Below the pieces are notes generated by a model. That model had not been told where the DNA came from. It searched no databases and saw nothing but the letters and a program-made list of their open reading frames with translations. Of a stretch of 64,000 nucleotides of DNA, positions 38,497 through 48,915 are shown piece by piece (the first letter of the stretch is position 1; every line of letters starts with the position of its first letter). The position numbers and the translations under genes were made by a program. Source of the stretch: an uncultured Prevotellaceae bacterium (GTDB taxonomy: Bacteria; Bacteroidota; Bacteroidia; Bacteroidales; Muribaculaceae); the NCBI GenBank assembly GCA_900318205.1, contig ONJS01000002.1, forward strand, positions 18,689 through 82,688. Reading direction: 5' to 3'.

Positions 38497-39711
38497 TTAC
38501 GGTTCGCGGCCTTCGATGATGGCTTCGGTGTCTTTGGCGATCATGTATTCCTCGTCGGTGAGGACGACAACGACCTTGACCTTGCTGTCAGGAGTGCTGA
38601 TTTCACCTTCCTTGCCGCGCCACAGGGTGTCGTTCAGTTCTTCATCAATCTTGACGCCCAGGTATTCCAGTTGTTTGCACACGCGCTTGCGGGTCTGGTA
38701 CTGGTTCTCGCCAACACCACCGGTAAAGGCGATGATGTCCACACCATTCAGCTCGGCTGCATAGGCACCGATGGTCTTGAGGATGCGGAGCTCATACATG
38801 TCGAGTGCCAACTGAGCACGCTCGTTGTGGTCCTTCTCGGCTGCATCAACAACATCGCGCATGTCGCTGCTCACGCCAGTGATACCGAGCACACCGCTCT
38901 TCTTGTTGATGATGTTGAGCATCTCCTTCGGGCTGAGGTTGTATTTCTCCATGAGGAACAACAACGCACCGGGATCGACGTCACCCGAGCGGGTACCCAT
39001 CATCAGGCCCTCGGTGGGGGTGAGACCCATCGTGGTGTCGATGCTCTTGCCGTCCTTGATAGCGCTGATGCTGGCGCCGTTACCGATGTGGCAGCAGATG
39101 ATGCGCTTGCCCTCGGGGGTAGTGCCGAGCATTTCGCACACGCGCTGAGCGATAAAGCGGTGGCTGGTGCCGTGGAAGCCATAACGACGCACGTGGTCGT
39201 TGGTGTAATACTCCATGGGCAGGGGATACATGAAGGCCTTCTTGGGCATCGTCTGGTGGAAAGCGGTGTCAAACACGGCTACCTGGGGAACACCGGGCAA
39301 TACAGCCTCGATGGCCTCGATACCAGCCATATTAACGGGATTGTGCAGCGGAGCGATGCCGTAGCACTCGCGGATCATGTCCTTCACCTCGTCGGTGATG
39401 AGGACACTGCGGCTGAACTTCTCACCACCGTGTACTACGCGGTGACCGACGGCGTCAATTTCCTTCAGGTCCTTGATGCAGCCATATTCGGGATTGATGA
39501 GAGCATCGAGGATAGCCTTGATGGCACCCTTGTGGTCGATGAGGCCCAGGTCGATGTTCTTCTTGCTGCCGTCATCAAATTTCAGCTTGATGAAACCGTC
39601 GGGCAAACCGATTTTTTCTACACCGCCCTCGGCGAGGGTCTTGTTCTCCTTAATCTCGATGAGTTTGTACTTGGCAGAGCTGCTGCCACAGTTAAGCACT
39701 AAGATATTCAT
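38497..39711 (-). CDS. ackA: Acetate kinase
   Basis: LNCGSSS, GHRVVHGG, APLHNP, YGFHGTSH, TRSGD. Confidence 0.97.
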   Translation of the reverse strand: MNILVLNCGSSSAKYKLIEIKENKTLAEGGVEKIGLPDGFIKLKFDDGSKKNIDLGLIDHKGAIKAILDALINPEYGCIKDLKEIDAVGHRVVHGGEKFSRSVLITDEVKDMIRECYGIAPLHNPVNMAGIEAIEAVLPGVPQVAVFDTAFHQTMPKKAFMYPLPMEYYTNDHVRRYGFHGTSHRFIAQRVCEMLGTTPEGKRIICCHIGNGASISAIKDGKSIDTTMGLTPTEGLMMGTRSGDVDPGALLFLMEKYNLSPKEMLNIINKKSGVLGITGVSSDMRDVVDAAEKDHNERAQLALDMYELRILKTIGAYAAELNGVDIIAFTGGVGENQYQTRKRVCKQLEYLGVKIDEELNDTLWRGKEGEISTPDSKVKVVVVLTDEEYMIAKDTEAIIEGREP

Positions 39712-39764
39712 GTTTTAAGTTTAAACTATTATCTATAATCTATTATCTATTATCTGTTCTCTAT

Positions 39765-40775
39765 TTATCGGTTGATTGCCTGGTTGCAGGTCAGGATGAC
39801 GGTGCGGTAGATGTCGTCCTCGTTGCAGCCGCGCGACAAGTCGTTGACGGGAGCGGCAAGACCTTGCAGGACGGGACCCACGGCCTTGGCGCCAGCGATG
39901 CGCTGAACCAGTTTGTAAGCGATGTTACCTACGCCCAGGTCGGGGAACACGAGCACGTTGGCATGGCCAGCGATGTCGCTGCCGGGAGCCTTGCTGGCAC
40001 CCACACTGGGAACGATAGCGGCGTCTGCCTGCAGTTCACCGTCGATCTTCAGGTTGGGATTCATCTCCTTGGCGAGACGGGTAGCCTCGACTACTTTATC
40101 TACACGCTCATGCTTGGCGCTGCCCTTGGTCGAGAAGCTCAGCATGGCAATCTTGGGATCGTCGATTTCGGCGAGAGCGCGTGCGGTGCGGTCGGCACTC
40201 ACGGCAATCTGAGCCAGCTGCTGGGCGTCGGGATCAGGCACAACAGCACAATCGGCAAACACCATCACCCCATTGTGGCCGTAGGGCGAACCCTCGGGCA
40301 ACAGCATCAGGAAGGCACCGCTCACCGTGCTGATACCGGGCGCAGTCTTGAGCACCTGGAAGGCAGCTCGCAGTACATTGCCCGTGGTGTTCATTGCACC
40401 GGCAACCTGTCCGTCGGCATCGCCGTTCTTAATCATCAGGCAACCCAAGTACAGCGGGTCAAGCACCTTCTTGCGGGCATCCTCGATTGTCACACCCTTG
40501 GCTTTGCGCAGCTCGTAGAACAGCTGGGCATATTTCTCGACAGCCTCGGCATCATTGGGATTGATGACGGTGGCCTTGTCGATGTTCTTGAGACCAAGTT
40601 CAGTGGCCTTGGCCATGATTTCAGCCTTGTCGCCAATGAATACCACGTCGGCAATGCCGTCGGCGATGATGCGGTCGGCTGCTGTCATGGTGCGGGGTTC
40701 AGTACTCTCGGGAAGAACGATGCGCTGCCTCTTGGCAATCGCGTTGCTTTTGAGTTTCTCAAATAAAGGTTCCAT
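39765..40775 (-). CDS. pta: Phosphate acetyltransferase
   Basis: IVLPES, MLSFSTKGS, DGELQADAA, NDLSRGC. Confidence 0.97.
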   Translation of the reverse strand: MEPLFEKLKSNAIAKRQRIVLPESTEPRTMTAADRIIADGIADVVFIGDKAEIMAKATELGLKNIDKATVINPNDAEAVEKYAQLFYELRKAKGVTIEDARKKVLDPLYLGCLMIKNGDADGQVAGAMNTTGNVLRAAFQVLKTAPGISTVSGAFLMLLPEGSPYGHNGVMVFADCAVVPDPDAQQLAQIAVSADRTARALAEIDDPKIAMLSFSTKGSAKHERVDKVVEATRLAKEMNPNLKIDGELQADAAIVPSVGASKAPGSDIAGHANVLVFPDLGVGNIAYKLVQRIAGAKAVGPVLQGLAAPVNDLSRGCNEDDIYRTVILTCNQAINR

Positions 40776-40994
40776 GTTTCTTTTGTTAGTATTTTAGGAA
40801 AACTGATGAATGTTCGTTTTGCTGCCACAAAGGTACTGCAAGCTGAACACAATGGCAAGAAAAAAACGATTTTTCTTGCCATTGTTGAAGCGCACCCTGC
40901 CTAAGCCCTTGCGTCCCTGACGGGACTTTTGACCGGACACAAAATAAATAAAAATCAGACAACCTGGAGTGCAAGTTGCCTGATAATTAAAAAT

Positions 40995-41021
40995 CTTCGC
41001 GCCTTCGCGCCTTAGCGTGAG
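40995..41021 (+). repeat. Octamer-period REP-like arm, related to 13508-13534
   Basis: cttcgcgc cttcgcgc cttagcgtgag versus cttagcgg cttggcgg cttagcgtgag. Confidence 0.6.
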
Positions 41022-41043
41022 GCTAACTGTAGGCGTTAGTGTC

Positions 41044-43359
41044 TTATTCGCCGTCAAGAATAGCAGCTATGATTGCGTTGATGTCGGCGATGTTGATTTC
41101 TCCATCACCGTTAACATCATAGACCTCATCAAAGGTGTCATTATTGTCGATAATCGTATCTATACAACAATTGACATCAGCTATATTGATTTCTCCATCA
41201 CCATTGACGTCTGCCGAATCAAAGTTTATACCAACGATATGTTCAATCCATTTCCACGGATAGGTAGTCTTGTATATCTCCACTGAATTGATCGGCACAT
41301 AGACTGTTGTCAAATGCTCCAGATGGGGATTTATTGACGACATGGCTGGCGGTGTCTCTGCTTTACAGTATATGCTAGATATCGCATTGTCCTCAAAAAA
41401 GGTGTTGGCGCCTATATTTGTTATTGATTTTCCAAAGCTGATAGAGGTCAGATTCTTACAGTAAGAGAATGAATGTGTGCCAACTTGTGTTACAGAATTG
41501 GGCAACTTGACATTTTTCAATGCTTCGTCATCGCTAAATGCATATTGACCAATTTTATTCAATGACTTGCCGAAGCTAATTCTCTCAAGTGCCTTACAAT
41601 CATGGAAAGAATAGTCTCCTATAGTGGTCACTGAATTGGGCAGAACTATTTCGGTAAGCATCTTGCAGTTATCAAATGCATATCCCCTAATCTTTTGTAC
41701 AGAATTGCCAAACTTTACGTTTTCGAGCGATACACAATTCCGGAAAGTGCCTTTGCTGATTTCGGTGACAGAGTTGGGAATGACAATACTGGTCAGTTTA
41801 GAGCAATCCAAGAATGCGCTATCCCCGATACTTGTTATTGAATTGCTCAGTTCAACATCAGTCAATGCCGTACAGTTAACGAATGAGTATTTCCCGATAA
41901 TCGATGCTGAAGCACTGGGGATAGTCACTTTGTTGAGTCCTCGGCAATCCCAAAATGCCGCTTCACCGATTGTTTCAAGGTTCGTTGGGGTGATGACCTC
42001 TGTTAGGCTATAACAATGACTAAAAGCATAGTTGCCGATGCTTTTAATGTTATCTGGAAGATCAAGAAGATAAGGTAAACTCTTGCATCCATATAGCGCA
42101 TAGTCACCAATTGCCGTTATGTTTTCGTTCCAACGTATATCAACGAGACTTTCGCAGTTAGCAAATGTCTCTCTATATAGTTGTGTTATCCCATTACCCA
42201 GTTGCACATACTTCAGACCACGACATTCTTCAAAGGCATAGTTACCTATTTCAGTCACTTGATCGGGAATACTGACTGAGGTAAGGCTCTTACAATCAAA
42301 AAATGCACCAAAACCAATCGTTTTGAGAGATTCTGGTAGGGTGAAGTTGGTTAGATTTTCGCAACACGAAAACGTCCAGTGTGGAATTTCAGTCAAGGAT
42401 TTTCCAAAATTAACTTGTTCCAGACCTGTGTAAGAAAATGACTCATGGCCAATACTAGTTACTTTGTCATGAATAACCAAACTTTTCAGATTATAATAGC
42501 CATAGAAAGCAAACGGATAAATCTCGGTGATGGACTCGGGAATGATCAAATCAACAACCTCCTTGCCGTCTGCGATGAGATTTTTGGCATAGCACATCGG
42601 GTTGGAGAAAATATAGGAAAAGTCAATTTGTAACCACGACTCTATATTGGGGATATAGATGTTTTCCAGGCTGTCACAATAATAAAAAGGATCAGTACCA
42701 ATGTACCGCAATGTGCTGGGTAGGTGGATGTTTTTTAGACTATAGCAATAGCCGAACAAATACTCATTAATTTTCGTGAGACCTTCGGGTAATGTGACAT
42801 CCTGAAGTGATGTACAAGCGTAAAATGCCATTTTGCCAATCATTTGGACAGAGTTAGGGATGTCAATGGACGTTATTGACGAACCGATAAAAGCCCATGG
42901 TTGGATTGCAATGACAGTATTTGGCAATTGTACACTAATTAAATTGCTGCAACCGGCAAAAGCATAATTACCTATTTCGGTCACAGTATAGGTGTTCTCA
43001 CCATTTATAACTGTCGATGGAATGATAATGTTTCCATAATAATTTGAACCATTTTCATCTAAGTCCATGTTTTCATCGTAGGTCACGCTCACCTCGTTTT
43101 CACTGATGATTTTGTAACAGATACCGTCATACTTGAAGTCGAAGTTCTGGCCTTGGGCACGATGGATTTCAGACTGAAAATCATCGGGCATAATCCTATG
43201 TTCTGACTTGTAATTTGCAGGTTTGTCATGTCCGAACTTGTTGTATGCCATTTTGTAATTGACATCAAGGATTTTATCAGTCAACACATCACTTTCTGTT
43301 GCAAGTGATGTCAAGAGTGTAGCAATTAACAGGTAAAAGAAGAAAATAAACCGTTTCAT
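41044..43359 (-). CDS. BspA-like leucine-rich repeat (LRR_5) surface protein with C-terminal dockerin
   Basis: Many IG.YAF..C..L..I.IP.SV repeats; DVNGDGEINIADVN dockerin duplication; signal peptide. Confidence 0.9.
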   Translation of the reverse strand: MKRFIFFFYLLIATLLTSLATESDVLTDKILDVNYKMAYNKFGHDKPANYKSEHRIMPDDFQSEIHRAQGQNFDFKYDGICYKIISENEVSVTYDENMDLDENGSNYYGNIIIPSTVINGENTYTVTEIGNYAFAGCSNLISVQLPNTVIAIQPWAFIGSSITSIDIPNSVQMIGKMAFYACTSLQDVTLPEGLTKINEYLFGYCYSLKNIHLPSTLRYIGTDPFYYCDSLENIYIPNIESWLQIDFSYIFSNPMCYAKNLIADGKEVVDLIIPESITEIYPFAFYGYYNLKSLVIHDKVTSIGHESFSYTGLEQVNFGKSLTEIPHWTFSCCENLTNFTLPESLKTIGFGAFFDCKSLTSVSIPDQVTEIGNYAFEECRGLKYVQLGNGITQLYRETFANCESLVDIRWNENITAIGDYALYGCKSLPYLLDLPDNIKSIGNYAFSHCYSLTEVITPTNLETIGEAAFWDCRGLNKVTIPSASASIIGKYSFVNCTALTDVELSNSITSIGDSAFLDCSKLTSIVIPNSVTEISKGTFRNCVSLENVKFGNSVQKIRGYAFDNCKMLTEIVLPNSVTTIGDYSFHDCKALERISFGKSLNKIGQYAFSDDEALKNVKLPNSVTQVGTHSFSYCKNLTSISFGKSITNIGANTFFEDNAISSIYCKAETPPAMSSINPHLEHLTTVYVPINSVEIYKTTYPWKWIEHIVGINFDSADVNGDGEINIADVNCCIDTIIDNNDTFDEVYDVNGDGEINIADINAIIAAILDGE

Positions 43360-43413
43360 TTTCGATAGTATAGAAGGTTATGTTAGATGTTTTCAAGTGT
43401 GTGATATAAATAT

Positions 43414-43596
43414 AGAGGCTGTGTCATAATTCATTCGTTTCAAATTGAGTCGCGCTTCGCGCGAGAAATTAAGCAAAAATTTGTATAAAAAATTAAGCAA
43501 AATACATTTTTTATTTTAATTTTATTAATAATTTTGTTTAATTTCTCGGCCGTCAGGCCGATTAAAAATAACGAGGTGAATTATGACACAGCCTCT
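43414..43596. mobile_element. 183 bp MITE-like element
   Basis: Perfect 20 bp terminal inverted repeats agaggctgtgtcataattca / tgaattatgacacagcctct; TAT on both flanks. Confidence 0.75.
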
Positions 43597-43608
43597 TATA
43601 GACGAGGG

Positions 43609-44862
43609 TTACTCGCCGAGGATGGCTGCTACGCCGGGGAGGGTCTTGCCCTCGATAGCCTCGAGCATGGCACCGCCACCAGTCGAAACGTAGGATACCT
43701 GGTCGGCCAGGCCAAACTTGTTGACAGCAGCAACCGAGTCACCACCACCCACGAGTGAGTATGCACCATTCTGAGTAGCTTCAGCCACATACTTGGCGAT
43801 TTCGCCAGTACCATGAGCAAAGTTCTCAAACTCAAACACGCCCACGGGACCGTTCCACAGGATGGTCTTGGAGTCGAGGATGATCTTCTTCCAGTTAGCC
43901 AATGAGGCTTCGCTGGCATCCATACCCTCCCAACCATCGGGGATGTTGTAGATGTCAACCGTCTGGCGGTTAGCGTCGTTGGAGAAGCTGTCACCGGCAA
44001 CGGTAGCTACCGAGAGGCTCAGGTTCACGCCCTTCTCCTTGGCTGCGGCGATAACGTTCAATGCCTCGGGCATCAGGTCGTCCTCATGCAGCGAGTCGCC
44101 GATGTGGCCACCCTGTGCTTTAATAAAGGTATAGCCCATACCACCACCAATGATGAGGTTGTCCACCTTATCGAGCAGGTTCTTGATGACTGACAGCTTG
44201 GAAGATACCTTGCTGCCGCCGATGATAGCGGTGAAGGGATGCTGGGCATTCTTCATCACGTTGTCGATAGCGGTCACCTCTTTCTCCATGAGGTAACCCA
44301 GCATCTTGTGGTCGTTGTCAAAGAAGTCGGCGATCACGGCTGTCGAGGCGTGACGGCGGTGAGCTGTACCGAAGGCGTCGTTCACATACACGTCGGCATA
44401 GCTTGCCAGCGTCTTGGCAAACTCGGTCTGACGGGCCTTCATCTCCTTCTTGGCAGCGTCATAGTTGGGATCATCCTTTTCGATACCTACGGGCTTGCCT
44501 TCCTCCTCGGGATGGAAGCGCAGGTTCTCGAGAATCAATACTTCACCGGGCTTGAGCTCATCGGCCTGTTTCTTGGCCTCGGCACTGTCTTGTGCAAACT
44601 GAACGGGCCTCTCCAGGGCTGCAGCAACGGCACTGGTGATCTGGCTCAGGGAGAGCTTGTGGTTGATCTTGCCCTTGGGCTTGCCCATGTGGGACATAAT
44701 GATCAGGGCACCACCATCAGCGAGGATTTTCTTCAGGGTGGGGACTGCTCCGCGGATGCGAGTGTCGTCAGTAATTTCACCTTTTTCGTTCAGGGGCACG
44801 TTAAAGTCTACGCGCACGATTGCCTTCTTGCCGGCAAAGTTAAAGTCATTAATTTTAGCCAT
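43609..44862 (-). CDS. pgk: Phosphoglycerate kinase
   Basis: [36 protein letters not shown]; start moved to MAKIND. Confidence 0.97.
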   Translation of the reverse strand: MAKINDFNFAGKKAIVRVDFNVPLNEKGEITDDTRIRGAVPTLKKILADGGALIIMSHMGKPKGKINHKLSLSQITSAVAAALERPVQFAQDSAEAKKQADELKPGEVLILENLRFHPEEEGKPVGIEKDDPNYDAAKKEMKARQTEFAKTLASYADVYVNDAFGTAHRRHASTAVIADFFDNDHKMLGYLMEKEVTAIDNVMKNAQHPFTAIIGGSKVSSKLSVIKNLLDKVDNLIIGGGMGYTFIKAQGGHIGDSLHEDDLMPEALNVIAAAKEKGVNLSLSVATVAGDSFSNDANRQTVDIYNIPDGWEGMDASEASLANWKKIILDSKTILWNGPVGVFEFENFAHGTGEIAKYVAEATQNGAYSLVGGGDSVAAVNKFGLADQVSYVSTGGGAMLEAIEGKTLPGVAAILGE

Positions 44863-45071
44863 TTTTACTTTATCATTGAATAGTTGATAATTGTATTTCA
44901 ATTTCAAAACTGCAAAGTTAAAAATTTTTCGTTTATTAATGTGCATTTTGTTTGTAAAAAACAATATTTTAATGGAGTTTATTACGTTTTTGCCATTTTT
45001 AAGATTTCACATCAACCGTCAACCGACTTTTTGCGCTATATTTGCCTGCTGCAAACTAAAATTTGAAAAAT

Positions 45072-45554
45072 ATGAAAAAAATATTATTTGTTTTGATGCT
45101 GTCGGTGACTGTCATCTCATGTGGCATGCTGTCACACAATGCTGATGATATCATTAACGACATGCGCGATGCAAGGCACGCACAGTATGTCAATGTGGGC
45201 AGTGGCCTGTTGGGCCTTGGACGCCTGATATCACCAACCTTGTCCGAAGCCAGCCTTGGCATCAATTCTGTGCAGGTGCTCGACTTGAGCAGGTGCAATC
45301 CCAGCGTGCGTGATAAATTCAGAAAACGTATCCAAAATCTTTACAAGGGCCACTATTATGAGGAAATCGTGACCAATCAGACCGCCTTTGAGACCAGGAC
45401 GGCTCTCGTGCGTCGCGATGGCCAGTATGTCAGCGAAATTGTTTTGGCAAATTCCAGCGAGACTAATGATGTGTTAGTCCTCATCTATGGTCACATCAAT
45501 CTTGAGAATTTGCAACGCATCGTCAATGACCAGAGCAACTACTTCATCAAGTAG
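45072..45554 (+). CDS. Lipoprotein, DUF4252-like
   Basis: VISC lipobox; C-terminal LVLIYGHINL pattern. Confidence 0.6.
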   Translation: MKKILFVLMLSVTVISCGMLSHNADDIINDMRDARHAQYVNVGSGLLGLGRLISPTLSEASLGINSVQVLDLSRCNPSVRDKFRKRIQNLYKGHYYEEIVTNQTAFETRTALVRRDGQYVSEIVLANSSETNDVLVLIYGHINLENLQRIVNDQSNYFIK

Positions 45555-45688
45555 CATGAGGACTCATCATGAGGGAACGGGAATGGCATCCGATAGATGA
45601 TTCATCAGTCAATCGGACGCTTCTGTCCTGTTCTTCACTTTTAATTACAATCTGAACCATCATTTAAAGATTCTAAAGTATAATAACA

Positions 45689-46825
45689 ATGAAAGAGAAA
45701 ATTCAGGAACAATTCAAACAGCGTTTCGGGACCGACGGGGTCATCTACGCCTCGGCAGGACGCATTAACCTTATTGGCGAGCACACCGACTATAACGGCG
45801 GTTTTGTGTTCCCTGGTGCCATTGATAAGTACATCATGGCTGAAATCAACATTAACGGCACCGACAAGGTGCGTGTCTATAGCATGGACATGGATGCCTA
45901 TTGCGAGTTCGGCCTCAACGAGGAAGACGCACCTCAGGATCAGTGGGCACGCTACATCTTCGGTGTTTGCCGCGAGACCATCAAGCGCGGTGGCGTAGTC
46001 AAGGGCTTTGATACCGTGTTTGCAGGCAATGTGCCTTTGGGTGCAGGTCTGTCTTCGTCGGCAGCGCTGGAGTCATGCTTCGCTTTTGCTCTCAACGACC
46101 TGTTCAACGATAACAAGATCGACAAGTTTGAGCTGGCCAAAATCGGTCAGAGCACAGAGCATAACTATTGCGGTGTGAACTGTGGTATCATGGACCAGTT
46201 TGCCAGCGTATTCGGCAAGAAGGACTGCCTGATGCGCCTTGACTGCCGTTCGCTTGAGCACGAGTATTTCCCCTTCCACCCTGAGGGTTACAAGCTCGTC
46301 TTGCTTAACAGCAAGGTAAAGCACGAGCTGGTGGATTCGCCTTACAACAAGCGCCGCGAGTCGTGCGAACGTGTGGCAGCTACTCTGGGTTTAGAGACTC
46401 TGCGCGATGCCTCTTATACCATGCTGGCCGATGTGCGTGACAAGATCAGTAACGAGGACTATCGTCGTGCCCGCTTCGTCATCGGTGAGAAGCAGCGCGT
46501 GCTTGACGTGTGCGATGCACTGGAGCGTGGTGACTATGAGACCGTGGGCCGTTGCATGTTTGAAACCCACGATGGCCTGTCACGTGACTATGAGGTGAGC
46601 TGCGAGGAGCTGGACTACCTCAACGACGTGGCTCGTGAGTGCGGTGTTACCGGTTCGCGCATCATGGGTGGCGGCTTCGGTGGCTGCACCATCAACCTGG
46701 TGAAGGAGGATCGCTACGACCACTTCATTGCCACTGCCAAGGAGAAATTCAATGCTAAATATGGACACGAGCCCGAGGTGATCAATGTCATCATCAGCGA
46801 CGGTGCTCACAGGGTTGAGGACTAA
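45689..46825 (+). CDS. galK: Galactokinase
   Basis: GRINLIGEHTDY, PLGAGLSSSAA, GIMDQ, GGGFGGC. Confidence 0.96.
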   Translation: MKEKIQEQFKQRFGTDGVIYASAGRINLIGEHTDYNGGFVFPGAIDKYIMAEININGTDKVRVYSMDMDAYCEFGLNEEDAPQDQWARYIFGVCRETIKRGGVVKGFDTVFAGNVPLGAGLSSSAALESCFAFALNDLFNDNKIDKFELAKIGQSTEHNYCGVNCGIMDQFASVFGKKDCLMRLDCRSLEHEYFPFHPEGYKLVLLNSKVKHELVDSPYNKRRESCERVAATLGLETLRDASYTMLADVRDKISNEDYRRARFVIGEKQRVLDVCDALERGDYETVGRCMFETHDGLSRDYEVSCEELDYLNDVARECGVTGSRIMGGGFGGCTINLVKEDRYDHFIATAKEKFNAKYGHEPEVINVIISDGAHRVED

Positions 46826-46830
46826 TAGAC

Positions 46831-47886
46831 ATGAAGAGCATCCGTATCGATACCCACGAGACCGAGCGTGGCGAAATTACCACCTATGAACTCATCAATG
46901 CCAGTGGTGCAAGCGTTAAGCTCTCTTCACTGGGCGCTGGTATTCTTGAAATCAAGGTCCCTGACCGCGACGGCAACCTTGCCGACGTGGTACTGGGCTA
47001 TAAGGATCTGAACGACTATTTCTTTGACGGCCCCTGTGCCGGTAAGGTGCCTGGCCGTTTTTCCAATCGCATCTGCAAAGGGCATTTTGTGCTGGACGGC
47101 AAGGAGTACCAGCTCAATTGCAATCACCAGGACAAGCACCATCTGCATGGTGGTAATGTAGGTTTCCAGAACAAGATTTGGGATTGTGAGATGGACGGCA
47201 GCGATACCGTTGTATTCTCGTTGGAAAGTCTTGACGGTGACGAGAAGTATCCCGGTACCCTCAATGCCCGCGTGGCCTACACCTGGAGTGATGACAATGT
47301 GCTCAAGATTGAGTTGGGCGCAGTGACCGACGCCCCCACGGTGCTGAATCTTACCAACCACACCTATTTCAATATGGCAGGAGAGAGTAGGGAAGGCACC
47401 GCTCTCAATCAGGTGCTCAAGCTCAATTGCTCACATTACCTGGTGACTGATGCCGACCTTATCCCGACTGGCGAAATTGCTCCCGTGGCTGGCACCCCTA
47501 TGGACTTCACCGAGCCTAAGGTGATTGCCCGTGACATCAAGCAGGATTTCCCCGCCTTGAACTATGGCAAGGGATATGACAACTGCTGGGTCGTTGACGG
47601 TTATGAGGACGGTGACCTGCATTTGGTAGCTGTGCTGGCCAATGAGGAGTCTGGCCGCATGGTCGAGATTTGCTCTGACCAGCCTGCAGCACAGGTCTAT
47701 ACCGGCAACTGGCTGGAAGGATGCCCCCTGAGCAAGAGCGGCAAGCAGTATCATGACTACGATGGTGTGGCCATAGAGTGCCAGGGATTCCCTGATGCTC
47801 CCAACCACGAGAATTTCCCGTCACCGGTATTGCGCCCTGACGAGGAGTACCGCCGTACGATCATCTTTGACTTCAAGACAATCTAA
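46831..47886 (+). CDS. galM: Aldose 1-epimerase
   Basis: GRFSNRI, HLHGG, NLTNHTYFN, QVYTGN. Confidence 0.93.
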   Translation: MKSIRIDTHETERGEITTYELINASGASVKLSSLGAGILEIKVPDRDGNLADVVLGYKDLNDYFFDGPCAGKVPGRFSNRICKGHFVLDGKEYQLNCNHQDKHHLHGGNVGFQNKIWDCEMDGSDTVVFSLESLDGDEKYPGTLNARVAYTWSDDNVLKIELGAVTDAPTVLNLTNHTYFNMAGESREGTALNQVLKLNCSHYLVTDADLIPTGEIAPVAGTPMDFTEPKVIARDIKQDFPALNYGKGYDNCWVVDGYEDGDLHLVAVLANEESGRMVEICSDQPAAQVYTGNWLEGCPLSKSGKQYHDYDGVAIECQGFPDAPNHENFPSPVLRPDEEYRRTIIFDFKTI

Positions 47887-47928
47887 TAACTTCAAAACTA
47901 AAAACTAAAAACTGAAAACAGAAGAATA

Positions 47929-48834
47929 ATGAAACCGACATTATTTGTGCTCGCTGCTGGCATGGGCAGCCGTTACGGCGGTCTCAAGCAGCTCGACGGT
48001 CTGGGCCCTCACGGCGAGACCATTATGGACCATTCGATTTATGACGCTATTCACAGCGGCTTCGGTAAAGTTGTCTTTGTCATCCGCAAGGATTTCGAGG
48101 CCGATTTCCGCGAGAAGATTTTGTCAAAATATGAGGGACATATCCCTGTGGAACTCGTATTCCAGGGCTTGAACGACCTGCCTGAGGGCTTCACTTGTCC
48201 TGAAGAGCGCGTGAAACCGTGGGGCACCAACCATGCCTTGCTGATGGGCAAGGACGTCATCAACGAGCCGTTCGCCATCATCAACGCCGATGACTACTAT
48301 GGCCGTAACAGCTTTGAGGTGATGGCCCAGGAACTCTCATCTCTGCCCGAGGACAGTAAGGGCCACTATAGCATGGTGGGGTTCAAGGTGGGTAATACCA
48401 TGAGCGAGAGCGGTACCGTGGCACGTGGCGTGTGTGAAACCAGCGATGGCTTGCTCACCGGCGTGGTAGAACGCACAAGCATCGGCTTTGATGCCGACCA
48501 CAATATCGTCTTTACCGACGAAAACGGCGATGTGCAGCACCTGGATTTTGACACCCCCGTGTCGATGAACTTCTGGGGCTTTACTCCCGACTATTTTGTA
48601 CACAGTGAGCGTTGCTTCATTGACTTCCTCAAGGAAAACATCGACAAGCCCAAGGCTGAGTTCTTTATTCCTACGGTTGTCAATGAAATGGTAACTGCCG
48701 GTACTGCACAGGTCAAAGTGCTGAAGACCGAGAGCAAGTGGTTTGGCGTGACCTACGCCGCCGATCGCCAGGGCGTCGTGGACAAGTTTGCCGAACTCCA
48801 TGCCGCAGGCGTCTATCCCGACAAGATGTTCTAA
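47929..48834 (+). CDS. Sugar-phosphate nucleotidyltransferase (NTP_transferase fold)
   Basis: LAAGMGSRYGGLKQ, INADDYYG. Confidence 0.85.
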   Translation: MKPTLFVLAAGMGSRYGGLKQLDGLGPHGETIMDHSIYDAIHSGFGKVVFVIRKDFEADFREKILSKYEGHIPVELVFQGLNDLPEGFTCPEERVKPWGTNHALLMGKDVINEPFAIINADDYYGRNSFEVMAQELSSLPEDSKGHYSMVGFKVGNTMSESGTVARGVCETSDGLLTGVVERTSIGFDADHNIVFTDENGDVQHLDFDTPVSMNFWGFTPDYFVHSERCFIDFLKENIDKPKAEFFIPTVVNEMVTAGTAQVKVLKTESKWFGVTYAADRQGVVDKFAELHAAGVYPDKMF

Positions 48835-48862
48835 AGCGAACATAATTACCTAAATAGCTCTA

Positions 48863-48900
48863 AATATCCCGCATGGTAATGTTTACCATTGCGGGATATT
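48863..48900 (+). terminator. Hairpin ending the gal operon
   Basis: aatatcccgcatggtaa / ttaccattgcgggatatt followed by ttgt. Confidence 0.7.
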
Positions 48901-48915
48901 TTGTACTTTTGTGCA

